From a virus (taxonomy: Duplodnaviria; Caudoviricetes), in IMG/VR virus record IMGVR_UViG_3300025127_000033, positions 1 to 60,242 of that record: DNA of 60,242 nt, one strand, 5' to 3'. This document shows, piece by piece, positions 52,524 to 60,242 of the stretch; position 1 is the stretch's first letter, and the number at the start of each line of letters is the position of its first letter. The notes under the pieces are model-generated. The model was not told where the DNA came from and did no database searches. It worked only from the letters and a program-made list of their open reading frames with translations. The translations under genes were made by a program, and so were the position numbers.

Positions 52524-54113
52524 ATGAATTACCAACCAAAGAACCTGTGCTTTGACCAGGAAGGACGTGAACGTCTAGTTAGTGGCATAGAACAGATCGC
52601 TAAAGCGGTCAAGTCAACTCTCGGTCCGAGAGGTAACACAGTACTGATAGAATCTAACGAGCATACGCATGGCATTACAGTCACGAAGGACGGAGTCACC
52701 GTGGCTCGCTCCATCGACCTCCTCGACCCTGTCGAGAATCTCGCTGTTCGCATTGTAAGGGAAGCAGCCGATAGGACGGCCCTATCGTCTGGTGATGGAA
52801 CTACAACAGCCATCGTCCTTACGGAAGCCATAGTGAAAGAGGGACTAAGGCTGATTGAGCCCCACCATAATGTGACTGAAGTTCTAAGAGCCCTTAACAA
52901 GAAGGCTGAGGAGATAATAAAGTCGCTAGATAAGGAGTCAATTAAGGTAAACCAAAAGAAATTGCAGGATGTGGCTACTATATCCGCCAACAATGACGAA
53001 GAGATAGGCAAGGTTATTGCCGACACCTACAAGAAGGTAGGGTTGAAGAACGGAGTTGTTACCGTAGAGAAGAGTCAGACATCAGATACTACCTCAGAGG
53101 TCACCCACGGAATCCAGCTTGATAGAGGATACACCTCTCCGTTGTTTGTGAACGACCAAAGAAGGGACGAGTGCATACTAGAAGACGTGCATGTTCTTGT
53201 AACAGACCAAGAGATATCGAATCTGATAAGCATAGAGAACGTTTTGAAGCAGATTATTAACGATCAGAAGAAACTTTTGATTATTGGAACGTGCTCACAG
53301 AACGTTATTAACACCTTAGCAGCCAATGTAGTCAGAAATGGACTAAAATTCTGTAATATCATACCACCTGACTTCGGATATCGTAAGCATGAGCTCATGG
53401 GAGACATTGCATTGGCTCTTGGGGCTACATATTTGTCTGAACAGACGGGTGATAACATACAATTTGCGAATTATGGCGACTTAGGGCACGCAGAAAAGGT
53501 TATTGTGGGTCGTGATAAGACAATTATCATAAGAAGCGAAGAGTATAACGACGAAATCAAGCAGAGAGTAGAAGAATTAGAGGTTCAAAGAGAGGAAGCA
53601 CATAAAAAACAGGACAAGGACTTCATTTCTAAGCGTATTGCGGGGCTCCAAGGAGCCATTGGGGTGATTTATGTGGGTGGTAACTCGGATTTAGAGCAAA
53701 AAGAGCTCTATGACAGGGTAGATGATGCTGTATGTGCGGTTAAGTCAGCCCTAGAGGAGGGAATATTACCTGGTGGAGGGGTTGCGCTGTACAATAACTA
53801 CTGCGAGGTTGATGGGGATGATGAGGCTAGTGTAGCATGTAAGATTATGTGCAACTCGCTTACGGCTCCTATCACTCAGATACTAGAGAATGCAGGGTAC
53901 GACCTAGACGACATTATTGATGGCGGATTCTTTGGAGGTGTGCAGGGGTACGACGTAAAGAACAATCAGTATGGAGATATGATTGATATGGGGATTGTTG
54001 ATCCGGCAAAGGTGACGAAGAACGCATTGCGTAACGCAGTGTCGGTTGCCACAACAATACTTAGTACAAATGCAATAATAACTTTAGCAAGAACATATGA
54101 AAGCGGTGAATAA
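52524..54113 (+). CDS. groEL: Chaperonin GroEL (Cpn60)
   Basis: TLGPRG, VTKDGVTVA, GDGTTT, EEGILPGGG, GIVDPAKV. Confidence 0.97.
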   Translation: MNYQPKNLCFDQEGRERLVSGIEQIAKAVKSTLGPRGNTVLIESNEHTHGITVTKDGVTVARSIDLLDPVENLAVRIVREAADRTALSSGDGTTTAIVLTEAIVKEGLRLIEPHHNVTEVLRALNKKAEEIIKSLDKESIKVNQKKLQDVATISANNDEEIGKVIADTYKKVGLKNGVVTVEKSQTSDTTSEVTHGIQLDRGYTSPLFVNDQRRDECILEDVHVLVTDQEISNLISIENVLKQIINDQKKLLIIGTCSQNVINTLAANVVRNGLKFCNIIPPDFGYRKHELMGDIALALGATYLSEQTGDNIQFANYGDLGHAEKVIVGRDKTIIIRSEEYNDEIKQRVEELEVQREEAHKKQDKDFISKRIAGLQGAIGVIYVGGNSDLEQKELYDRVDDAVCAVKSALEEGILPGGGVALYNNYCEVDGDDEASVACKIMCNSLTAPITQILENAGYDLDDIIDGGFFGGVQGYDVKNNQYGDMIDMGIVDPAKVTKNALRNAVSVATTILSTNAIITLARTYESGE

Positions 54114-54375
54114 CTACGTAATAATCGAGAAGATTCAGGAAGAGCTCAAGAACGAGAGCGGTTTATTATTGTCTGAGGACGATGCGTTGCACTTCAGATA
54201 CAACAAGGGTGTCGTTCTAGGAGCTGGAGACAAAGTCACCTGCGTAAAGGAGGGTGATGTTATATACTACGACAAGAGCGCAGGTCATGATGCCATGTTT
54301 GACGGAATGGTTATTACCGTTATACGTGACCGTGACGCTGTAATTGTATGCGCTCCTGATTCAGCTTCTCAATAA
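54097..54375 (+). CDS. groES: Co-chaperonin GroES (Cpn10)
   Basis: ESGLLL mobile loop, GVVLGAG, VKEGDVIYY. Confidence 0.9.
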   Translation: MKAVNNYVIIEKIQEELKNESGLLLSEDDALHFRYNKGVVLGAGDKVTCVKEGDVIYYDKSAGHDAMFDGMVITVIRDRDAVIVCAPDSASQ

Positions 54376-54742
54376 ACCTACGATATCTTTTGGCTTGGTA
54401 ACCAGCGTCATTACGGTAGAGGGCGTTCGACTCGTCGAACACCTCTCCGTTAAGGCGTTTGTACATTTCATTTATAGCCAACTTGCCCTTTACTGTCATT
54501 CGGTAGGTAGTGTCTTTAATCTTCTTACCCTTCATAATCATCTTGATCCAACCGCTATCCATAAGCCGGGCTTGTCTTGATTTATCCCACGATAATAGTT
54601 TGCTGAAGTTTTTGATGTCGGACTGCTTGAATGTTCCCTCGTCATAAAGGAATAGAAGCATATCTAAATCGGCTTGTAGTAATCCATGCTTGGCTTTCAT
54701 CCATTCTCGAACAGGCTTCCAGTACTTAAGTGTATTTTCCAT
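54320..54742 (-). CDS. Winged-helix (MarR-like) DNA-binding protein
   Basis: LDMLLFLY...RLMDSGWI...YRMTVKGK pattern. Confidence 0.6.
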   Translation of the reverse strand: MENTLKYWKPVREWMKAKHGLLQADLDMLLFLYDEGTFKQSDIKNFSKLLSWDKSRQARLMDSGWIKMIMKGKKIKDTTYRMTVKGKLAINEMYKRLNGEVFDESNALYRNDAGYQAKRYRRFIEKLNQERIQLQRHGHV

Positions 54743-54756
54743 ATCTTTGCTAAGAT

Positions 54757-54999
54757 ATGAGTAGAACCTCAGAATATTATAAGAAAAACCCTAAGGCTCG
54801 CAAGAAAAGGCTTGAGTACCAAAGAGAGTACAACAAGCGAAAGAAGGAGAAGAAGAAAAGGAGCTTGCTTAATAAGGAGAATAGGAAGAGGGGTACTTAC
54901 GGCAATGGCGACAAGAAGGATGTATCTCATAGAAAAGATGGATCCACGTTCTTGGAGGCGCAGAGTAAAAACAGAGCAAGAAACAGATCAAGAGCATGA
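54757..54999 (+). CDS. Basic protein with degenerate HNH-like motif
   Basis: GDKKDVSH...SKNRARN; TATCTTTG box at 54742-54749. Confidence 0.55.
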   Translation: MSRTSEYYKKNPKARKKRLEYQREYNKRKKEKKKRSLLNKENRKRGTYGNGDKKDVSHRKDGSTFLEAQSKNRARNRSRA

Positions 55000-55262
55000 A
55001 AAACGAAGAACCGAAAAGTAAACCAAACTTACCTAAGTACAGAAAGGTAAAGGGAACATCTTATGATTTTAAGAAGGACCTTGAAATGAGTACGGGCTCA
55101 TTAGACCAACCTTATATTGTTTATGACATGCACTTTAAAAGCAAACCATCAAAGAAGCATATTGATAAGATAAAGGCAAACACTTCAATGCGAAACACTT
55201 TTATTGATAAACTTATTAATAATTTCTATGAAGGAGAAGCCTTTAAAAATTCTTTGAAATAG
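54996..55262 (+). CDS. Basic hypothetical protein
   Basis: 88 aa; ATGA-coupled. Confidence 0.65.
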   Translation: MKNEEPKSKPNLPKYRKVKGTSYDFKKDLEMSTGSLDQPYIVYDMHFKSKPSKKHIDKIKANTSMRNTFIDKLINNFYEGEAFKNSLK

Positions 55263-55280
55263 ATATTAACCTTAACAACT

Positions 55281-55517
55281 ATGGCAAACGGAAAGAAAAG
55301 AACGGCAAAGACCATCGAGACAGGTGGCATAAAGAAAAGTCCACTTATAAATCCAATTGATTATGAATCTATTAATTTTAGGAACGCGGATATTCGTAGG
55401 CTAACGGAAGCAAAACCCGTTACAGGTAAGCTAACAAAAGCTCGTAGGCTAACGGAAGCAAAACCCGTTACAGGTAAGGTGTCTTCGAATTATGGTCTAG
55501 CTCCAAAATATAGATAA
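55281..55517 (+). CDS. Basic hypothetical protein with internal duplication
   Basis: RRLTEAKPVTGK occurs twice. Confidence 0.7.
   Translation: MANGKKRTAKTIETGGIKKSPLINPIDYESINFRNADIRRLTEAKPVTGKLTKARRLTEAKPVTGKVSSNYGLAPKYR
55394..55478 (+). repeat. Perfect 37-bp direct repeat, two copies (period 48)
   Basis: TCGTAGGCTAACGGAAGCAAAACCCGTTACAGGTAAG at 55394 and 55442. Confidence 0.95.
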
Positions 55518-55681
55518 TGGCAAAAGGTAGAACTAAAAAGAAAGGAAACAAAATTTGTCCCGCAGGCATAGCGTGGGCTAAGAGAACGTTTGACACATAC
55601 CCATCAGCGTATGCGAATATGGCGGCCTCTAAGTATTGTAAAGACCCGAACTATGCTAAGGGTGCAAAAGGTAAGAAGTAA
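55517..55681 (+). CDS. Unlisted 54-aa basic protein
   Basis: MAKGRTKKKGNKICPAGIAWAKRTFDTYPSAYANMAASKYCKDPNYAKGAKGKK; TAATG-coupled. Confidence 0.8.
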   Translation: MAKGRTKKKGNKICPAGIAWAKRTFDTYPSAYANMAASKYCKDPNYAKGAKGKK

Positions 55682-55806
55682 TGGACGCTAAAAAATTAAG
55701 AGAGATATCATCTCAACTAAAGAAAGCATCAGCGATGCATAAGGGTCAGGCTGCGAAGATTGACCGAATGTTAAAATCATTATCTAAAGCTAAAAAGAAG
55801 AAATAA
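55681..55806 (+). CDS. Unlisted 41-aa basic protein
   Basis: MDAKKLREISSQLKKASAMHKGQAAKIDRMLKSLSKAKKKK; TAATG-coupled. Confidence 0.75.
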   Translation: MDAKKLREISSQLKKASAMHKGQAAKIDRMLKSLSKAKKKK

Positions 55807-55973
55807 TGCCAACAGTAAAATACAAGTGCCCTGATACGGGTAAAAACATGACGGTTAAGTTTCCATACACTGCTACAGGCAAGGCTCAGGCTAGTGCGCT
55901 AGCAGACTTAATGAAAGGAACAAAAAAGGATAATCCAGGTTACGGCATGGAAAAAAAGTCAATGGGATACTAA
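55806..55973 (+). CDS. Unlisted 55-aa basic protein
   Basis: MPTVKYKCPDTGKNMTVKFPYTATGKAQA...; TAATG-coupled. Confidence 0.75.
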   Translation: MPTVKYKCPDTGKNMTVKFPYTATGKAQASALADLMKGTKKDNPGYGMEKKSMGY

Positions 55974-55974
55974 T

Positions 55975-56106
55975 ATGAAAAAGTTAACACCAGCACAGCA
56001 AAAGATTGCTAAGATGGCAAAGCCATACGACAAGATCACATCTGAAGATTTCAAGGCTCTACGCAAGAGCAACAGAAAGAAGAAAAAGAAAAATGGGAGA
56101 GCTTAA
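55975..56106 (+). CDS. Unlisted 43-aa basic protein
   Basis: MKKLTPAQQKIAKMAKPYDKITSEDFKALRKSNRKKKKKNGRA. Confidence 0.75.
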   Translation: MKKLTPAQQKIAKMAKPYDKITSEDFKALRKSNRKKKKKNGRA

Positions 56107-56344
56107 AAAATGGAGGGAACAGAAATGGGTAAGGATAGGAACGGACGGGTCGATATTGGGAGCTTGCGGAACGAGCAAAGACAAGAAGAACCCAGACCGC
56201 TGTCTTCCTCTAAAGAAAGCTCGAAGCATGAGCAAGGCGGAACGTGCTGCCACTGCAAGGAAAAAGAAACGTGCGGGTGCAAAAGGGAAGACTGTGGTTG
56301 CAAACACTCGTGCAGGAAGAGTGACTAAAAAGTATACTAGATAA
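56093..56344 (+). CDS. Basic protein (LKKW..QKW..RCLP family)
   Basis: Likely start ATG 56093 within ORF 56006..56344. Confidence 0.8.
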   Translation: MGELKKWREQKWVRIGTDGSILGACGTSKDKKNPDRCLPLKKARSMSKAERAATARKKKRAGAKGKTVVANTRAGRVTKKYTR

Positions 56345-56346
56345 GT

Positions 56347-56640
56347 ATGCCTAGAAAAAAGAAAGACCCTAGAGTGGGGACAGGCAAAAAGCCTAAGGGT
56401 TCAGGTAGAAGACTATATACAGATGAAAATCCGAAAGATACTGTCAGAATTAAATTTGCGACTCCTAGTGATGCTCGTGCTACTGTTGCTAAGGTTAAAA
56501 AAATTAAGAAGCCGTTCGCAAGAAAAATTCAGATACTAACCGTAGGAGAGCAGAGAGCCAAGGTTATGGGCAAGTCTGAGGTCGTCAGAATATTTAAGAG
56601 AGGTAAAGAAGCCATAAGGCGGAAACATAAAAAAACATAA
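56347..56640 (+). CDS. Basic hypothetical protein
   Basis: GTGKKPKGSGRRLYTDENPKDT motif. Confidence 0.8.
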   Translation: MPRKKKDPRVGTGKKPKGSGRRLYTDENPKDTVRIKFATPSDARATVAKVKKIKKPFARKIQILTVGEQRAKVMGKSEVVRIFKRGKEAIRRKHKKT

Positions 56641-56656
56641 TCACTATCTTTAGGGT

Positions 56657-56830
56657 ATGAGAAAATTAAACGAAATATTAAAATGGGCTACTGGCGACTT
56701 AGCGGTAGCAGTGTATGCTGCAATAATTGCAGGAGTTTTATTGGCTAAAGGCGTAACAATTATAGGTGGTGCTGGACTAGGTATCGCATCTGTTAAACTT
56801 TGGTCAGCAGTAAAGTCACTTATAAAGTAG
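56657..56830 (+). CDS. Unlisted 57-aa two-TM membrane protein (holin-like)
   Basis: MRKLNEILKWATGDLAVAVYAAIIAGVLLAKGVTIIGGAGLGIASVKLWSAVKSLIK; TATCTTTA box 4 nt upstream. Confidence 0.7.
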   Translation: MRKLNEILKWATGDLAVAVYAAIIAGVLLAKGVTIIGGAGLGIASVKLWSAVKSLIK

Positions 56831-57121
56831 ATGGCCGATAAATCCAAAATGGCATGTAATAAACCTAGACCCTCGGACAGGGCTGGGAAGAAGAAGATGG
56901 TTAAGGCTTGCTCAGGGGGCAAAGAAAAGCTAATCCATTTTGGTGCTAAGGGATATGGTCACAACTATTCTGCTGCGGCAAGGAAGTCGTTTAGAGCAAG
57001 ACATAAATGCTCTACAGCAAAAGACAAACTGACTGCTCGATATTGGGCATGTAAAACTCTTTGGGCTGGTAAAGGCGGATCAACGAAGTCTTCACCAAAG
57101 AGTAGAAAAGGAAAGTACTGA
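56831..57121 (+). CDS. Basic protein (IHFGAKGY..SFRARH..YW family)
   Basis: 96-aa K/R-rich ORF. Confidence 0.8.
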   Translation: MADKSKMACNKPRPSDRAGKKKMVKACSGGKEKLIHFGAKGYGHNYSAAARKSFRARHKCSTAKDKLTARYWACKTLWAGKGGSTKSSPKSRKGKY

Positions 57122-57282
57122 TGAAGTCAAGAGGATTAGGAGATAGCATAGAGAAGTTCACTAAGGCCACGGGGATCAAGAAGGTTGTCGAAAAGGCATC
57201 TGAGGTAACAGGTAAACCTTGTGGATGTGGTGAGCGTAGAGATACACTGAACAGGCTATTCCCTTACAAGAAAAATAGTTAA
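57121..57282 (+). CDS. Unlisted 53-aa protein with GLGD...CGC..R motif
   Basis: MKSRGLGDSIEKFTKATGIKKVVEKASEVTGKPCGCGERRDTLNRLFPYKKNS. Confidence 0.8.
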   Translation: MKSRGLGDSIEKFTKATGIKKVVEKASEVTGKPCGCGERRDTLNRLFPYKKNS

Positions 57283-57287
57283 CTTTG
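57280..57287 (+). promoter_or_regulatory. -7 promoter box TAACTTTG, 4 nt before ATG 57292
   Basis: Exact TAnnTTTG match. Confidence 0.6.
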
Positions 57288-57291
57288 CGCT

Positions 57292-57858
57292 ATGGCATAC
57301 CAAAAATTACAAACAGAAAGAGCGATAGACGTAATACCTACTACGGGCTCAACAACAATAATTCCAGACCCAGGTAAGTTAATAACTTCAAATCTTACAG
57401 GAGTTGACGCATCAACAGCAGCAGCGACTGGTTCAGCATCAAATGATGCAACTTTAACTGATACGGGAAAAGACTTTGTGGCCTTGGGAGTAAAATCAGG
57501 AGATATCGTCAAGATAGCAATTGCTGCTGGTGACACAAAATATTACACCATTAAGTCTGTGGCGACAACAGTTTTAACTTTGCTTAGTGGAACTGGAGCA
57601 CTTGATGAAACTTTGGCGACGAAAACAGCTGGACTGCTCAACGTTATTTATAGTGTATTTTCTGGCGAAGGCACTGAGCCTTGTGTTTTATACGTAGGTG
57701 GGGCTGGTAATATTACTGTAGAGACCGCTGGAGGTGACGAAGTAACTTTCAAGGGTGTCCCCGCAGGAACATTTATTCCCGTACAGGTCACTAAGGTTTT
57801 TAATGTAAACTCTGGGGCTCCAACAACAACCGCCACTGACATCATAGCTCTACGATAA
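57292..57858 (+). CDS. Head spike base-like protein
   Basis: C-terminal LYVGGAGNITV..AGGDEVTF..VPAG..IPVQV.KV...TTATDIIAL resembles the RcGTA head-spike base family. Confidence 0.65.
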   Translation: MAYQKLQTERAIDVIPTTGSTTIIPDPGKLITSNLTGVDASTAAATGSASNDATLTDTGKDFVALGVKSGDIVKIAIAAGDTKYYTIKSVATTVLTLLSGTGALDETLATKTAGLLNVIYSVFSGEGTEPCVLYVGGAGNITVETAGGDEVTFKGVPAGTFIPVQVTKVFNVNSGAPTTTATDIIALR

Positions 57859-59204
57859 TGATAGCCAACGCCATATATATTGGCAGGAGAGTTCTTGCAG
57901 CCATATCGTCTGGTGTAAGTGTAAGTGGAGTTGGTAACGCTGGTACGCAATCAAATATCATAACTGGAGATATCGATGCCAACATAAATGGTAGAGGTGT
58001 TGAACTTCAATTAGGTCGATATGTATATATATTCGCACAAGCAGGCAACGCAGACAACCAAGATTTAACAGCGATTGGTGTAACGCAAAGTGGTTCAACT
58101 CTGACCACTAGTTCATCCACTACAGCCGTTTTTAATGGCACAGCTGACTTTGACCCTTACGCTAGGGGACAAGCTTTTGGTATGATTAGATTAACAGACT
58201 CTAAATGTGTTATGATATGTCCCGAAGTAGGAACAGGGAACGTATTTAAGGTGTGTACATATAATGGTGGGACAAATAACGTAACCATAGACTTCACAGT
58301 CAATGATGGAGACACAAACAACTATATAGATAGGCTACCTAAATTTGCAGTTATAAATAAGCCAAGTGCCAATGTGTATACAATTGCATCCGTTGGTTTA
58401 ACAAAGGCAGGTGCGTTTCCTTATGCGAGGGTTTGGGATTTAGACATAAGTTCACAAACAATTACAAGTCGAGGTATACTTTACCCAATGGGCACAGGTC
58501 CAGCCGCTGGTAATGGTATGAGTCAGCTAGTCAACTTAGGAACGGTAGGAGGCAAGCATTGCTTTGCTATATTTTACGTAAAGTCAGCAACTTCGTCAGG
58601 TCTATTGTATTACGCTGTATACGAGTACAACGCAAGCACCAATACGCTTGTAGAGGCTATAGGTGATACCCTATATAAAAGCGGCTCTAATCACCCTATG
58701 CTTGATGCTCCTTGGAGCATAGAAGATGGTAGGGCTCCTTTAGCGTATTTAGATAGGATTAACTATGATGTAGAATTAACTACTTGTATTTGGGATGGCA
58801 CTACTTTAACTATCGGTACACCTGCAAGTTTTGGTGACAGTAACAGGCGAGGTCTTGAGCATACTTTGCGTAAATATTATAATGGCCAAGAAGACAGTAA
58901 AACTCAATACATAATGGGACTCGGCTTTTGGAATAGTGGTTCAAGCACAGGTGATGTTGAAGTATTTCCTGTGTACTATAATTCAAGTGCAAATACCTGG
59001 GACGTATCAAAATACAACTCATCTGATTCAGATATTGTATTAGAAGACACAAGCAATCCAACAAGTGGGCACTCAATGCGACAGCCATTTGTAGGTCAAG
59101 CTGACACAGGCCACGGAATAGCCTTAGCTGCTTTTAGAACACAAGGTATAGGTACACAATTTAGAGGTGTAGTAATGAATAACTTTGAAATAACAAATTC
59201 GTAA
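57858..59204 (+). CDS. Putative head fibre/receptor-binding protein (beta-propeller-like)
   Basis: 448 aa, G/S/T/N-rich, coupled to the spike-base gene. Confidence 0.55.
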   Translation: MIANAIYIGRRVLAAISSGVSVSGVGNAGTQSNIITGDIDANINGRGVELQLGRYVYIFAQAGNADNQDLTAIGVTQSGSTLTTSSSTTAVFNGTADFDPYARGQAFGMIRLTDSKCVMICPEVGTGNVFKVCTYNGGTNNVTIDFTVNDGDTNNYIDRLPKFAVINKPSANVYTIASVGLTKAGAFPYARVWDLDISSQTITSRGILYPMGTGPAAGNGMSQLVNLGTVGGKHCFAIFYVKSATSSGLLYYAVYEYNASTNTLVEAIGDTLYKSGSNHPMLDAPWSIEDGRAPLAYLDRINYDVELTTCIWDGTTLTIGTPASFGDSNRRGLEHTLRKYYNGQEDSKTQYIMGLGFWNSGSSTGDVEVFPVYYNSSANTWDVSKYNSSDSDIVLEDTSNPTSGHSMRQPFVGQADTGHGIALAAFRTQGIGTQFRGVVMNNFEITNS

Positions 59205-59467
59205 TGAAATTTTTAGTAACAGAATCAGACAGACAGATTTGCTTAATAGCAGATAATATTATACTAGAGGATGATGGCGTGTACTATGCCTGGAATGACG
59301 CTACCCCACATAAAGTTCAGAGAGCTAACTCGACGGATACGCTAGAAATAGTTGACGTTCCTGAGGGCACTCAGCTACCTGATGATGAGTTTATTATCAG
59401 CAAATACACTTACACTGTAGATGGTCAATTCGTTGTTTACTCAGGATGGGTGGATGAAGAAGTTTAA
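59204..59467 (+). CDS. Small acidic protein (fibre-assembly-like)
   Basis: 87 aa after the fibre gene; LPDDEF..KYTY..GQF. Confidence 0.6.
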   Translation: MKFLVTESDRQICLIADNIILEDDGVYYAWNDATPHKVQRANSTDTLEIVDVPEGTQLPDDEFIISKYTYTVDGQFVVYSGWVDEEV

Positions 59468-60242
59468 TTGGAACGAAGCCATACCATATATGTTCTGCAT
59501 ATTCCTTGCGTTCATGCTACTAAACAAGTGTGAGCAGGAGAAGGAGTATCAGCAGGAGATACAGCGAATACAAAACAACAACGTTGCACTATTAGACACT
59601 ATCCGAAACTACATGGATAGCGATGGGCTATATGCTGCCGATATCAGGGCACTGAACTTAAAGCTAGATGAGCTAGGTGATAGCATAGCAGTCAATAGGT
59701 CTCAGCCACCTGTAACCATAACCAATCAGACAACAGAGATACGAGAGACTATTGAAGTCCCTGCGTTTATATACGACACGATCACAATAGTGAACACCGA
59801 CACGTTCTATAAGCAGATATATGTGGAGCGCACAGACACGTTCGGCAAGAGCAACAGGTCCATCGAGGTGACCATACCTACCGATGGTGTGGTAGTGGCG
59901 GATGCCATAATAAACCTAGAGCAGGACATATGGGTTGAGAACACGGTAGAGCAGAACAAGAAGACAGGTGAGGTGTTCTTTAGAATGAGAACTGACTATC
60001 CAGGAGTTAGGTTCAACAATGCCAACGCTATACTAGTAGACCCGAAGCAACTCGTTAAGGTACGAAAATCATTTGGCGTTGGTTTTCAGACAGGTATAGG
60101 CATCACAACAACGGGTCAAACAAGGCATTACATAGGTGTGGGAATCCACTATTCGCCTAAGTTTTTACAATGGTAAAAAAGTATTAATTTTAAGGGCATG
60201 AAACTGATAACGAAAGAGACCGTTGTCGGCATGCCAATGTCA
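59371..60242. repeat. Imperfect terminal direct repeat, right copy
   Basis: Matches 1-872. Confidence 0.97.
59454..60176 (+). CDS. Putative spanin-like protein (allele B of 84-806)
   Basis: Same length as allele A, about 13 amino-acid differences. Confidence 0.55.
   Translation: MKKFNWNEAIPYMFCIFLAFMLLNKCEQEKEYQQEIQRIQNNNVALLDTIRNYMDSDGLYAADIRALNLKLDELGDSIAVNRSQPPVTITNQTTEIRETIEVPAFIYDTITIVNTDTFYKQIYVERTDTFGKSNRSIEVTIPTDGVVVADAIINLEQDIWVENTVEQNKKTGEVFFRMRTDYPGVRFNNANAILVDPKQLVKVRKSFGVGFQTGIGITTTGQTRHYIGVGIHYSPKFLQW

Noticed and set aside
55394-55478. CRISPR array
   Set aside because: Only two repeats, an 11-nt spacer, in-frame within an ORF, and no cas genes.
1-60242. Stop-codon reassignment, as in some crAss-like phages
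   Set aside because: Long genes are intact under the standard code, all three stop codons end genes, and no suppressor tRNA was seen.
1-60242. Prophage or temperate lifestyle
   Set aside because: No integrase, repressor/antirepressor switch, partition genes or flanking host DNA recognised.

Overview
This window looks like the complete, circularly permuted genome (about 59.37 kb unique, plus an 872-bp imperfect terminal overlap) of a lytic podovirus-like tailed phage. The host is very probably a Bacteroidota (Flavobacteriia-like) bacterium; this is inferred from recurrent TAnnTTTG-type promoter boxes, A-rich SD-less start contexts, a BT4734/VirE-N-type primase-helicase and a host-like M23 peptidase. 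The plus strand (52.5 kb through the end, continuing 1-33.5 kb) carries groEL-groES, a cluster of small basic proteins, head spike/fibre genes, holins, terminase, portal, scaffold, capsid, ring/nozzle proteins, an amidase endolysin and three ejection-type proteins. The minus strand (33.5-52.3 kb) carries early small ORFs, two methyltransferases, a Sak3-like annealase, exonuclease, primase-helicase, SF2 helicase, VRR-NUC, metallophosphoesterase and tRNA-Arg(TCT). No DNA polymerase, RNA polymerase, integrase, reverse transcriptase or CRISPR array was recognised. Best novelty candidates: (1) a ~500-nt ORF-free, heavily base-paired minus-strand RNA right behind the putative first early promoter, ending at a mini tRNA-like element (acceptor stem plus T-arm); a second such element precedes another early gene, suggesting tRNA-mimic punctuation/processing of the early transcript; (2) two homologous iteron/AT-rich/inverted-iteron elements 12.6 kb apart; (3) a C5 methyltransferase whose TRD/motif IX partner is nested in an alternative frame; (4) a promoter-terminator-bounded ~50-nt sRNA candidate and several apparently leaderless late genes. 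All family calls come from motif recognition by eye; no searches were run.
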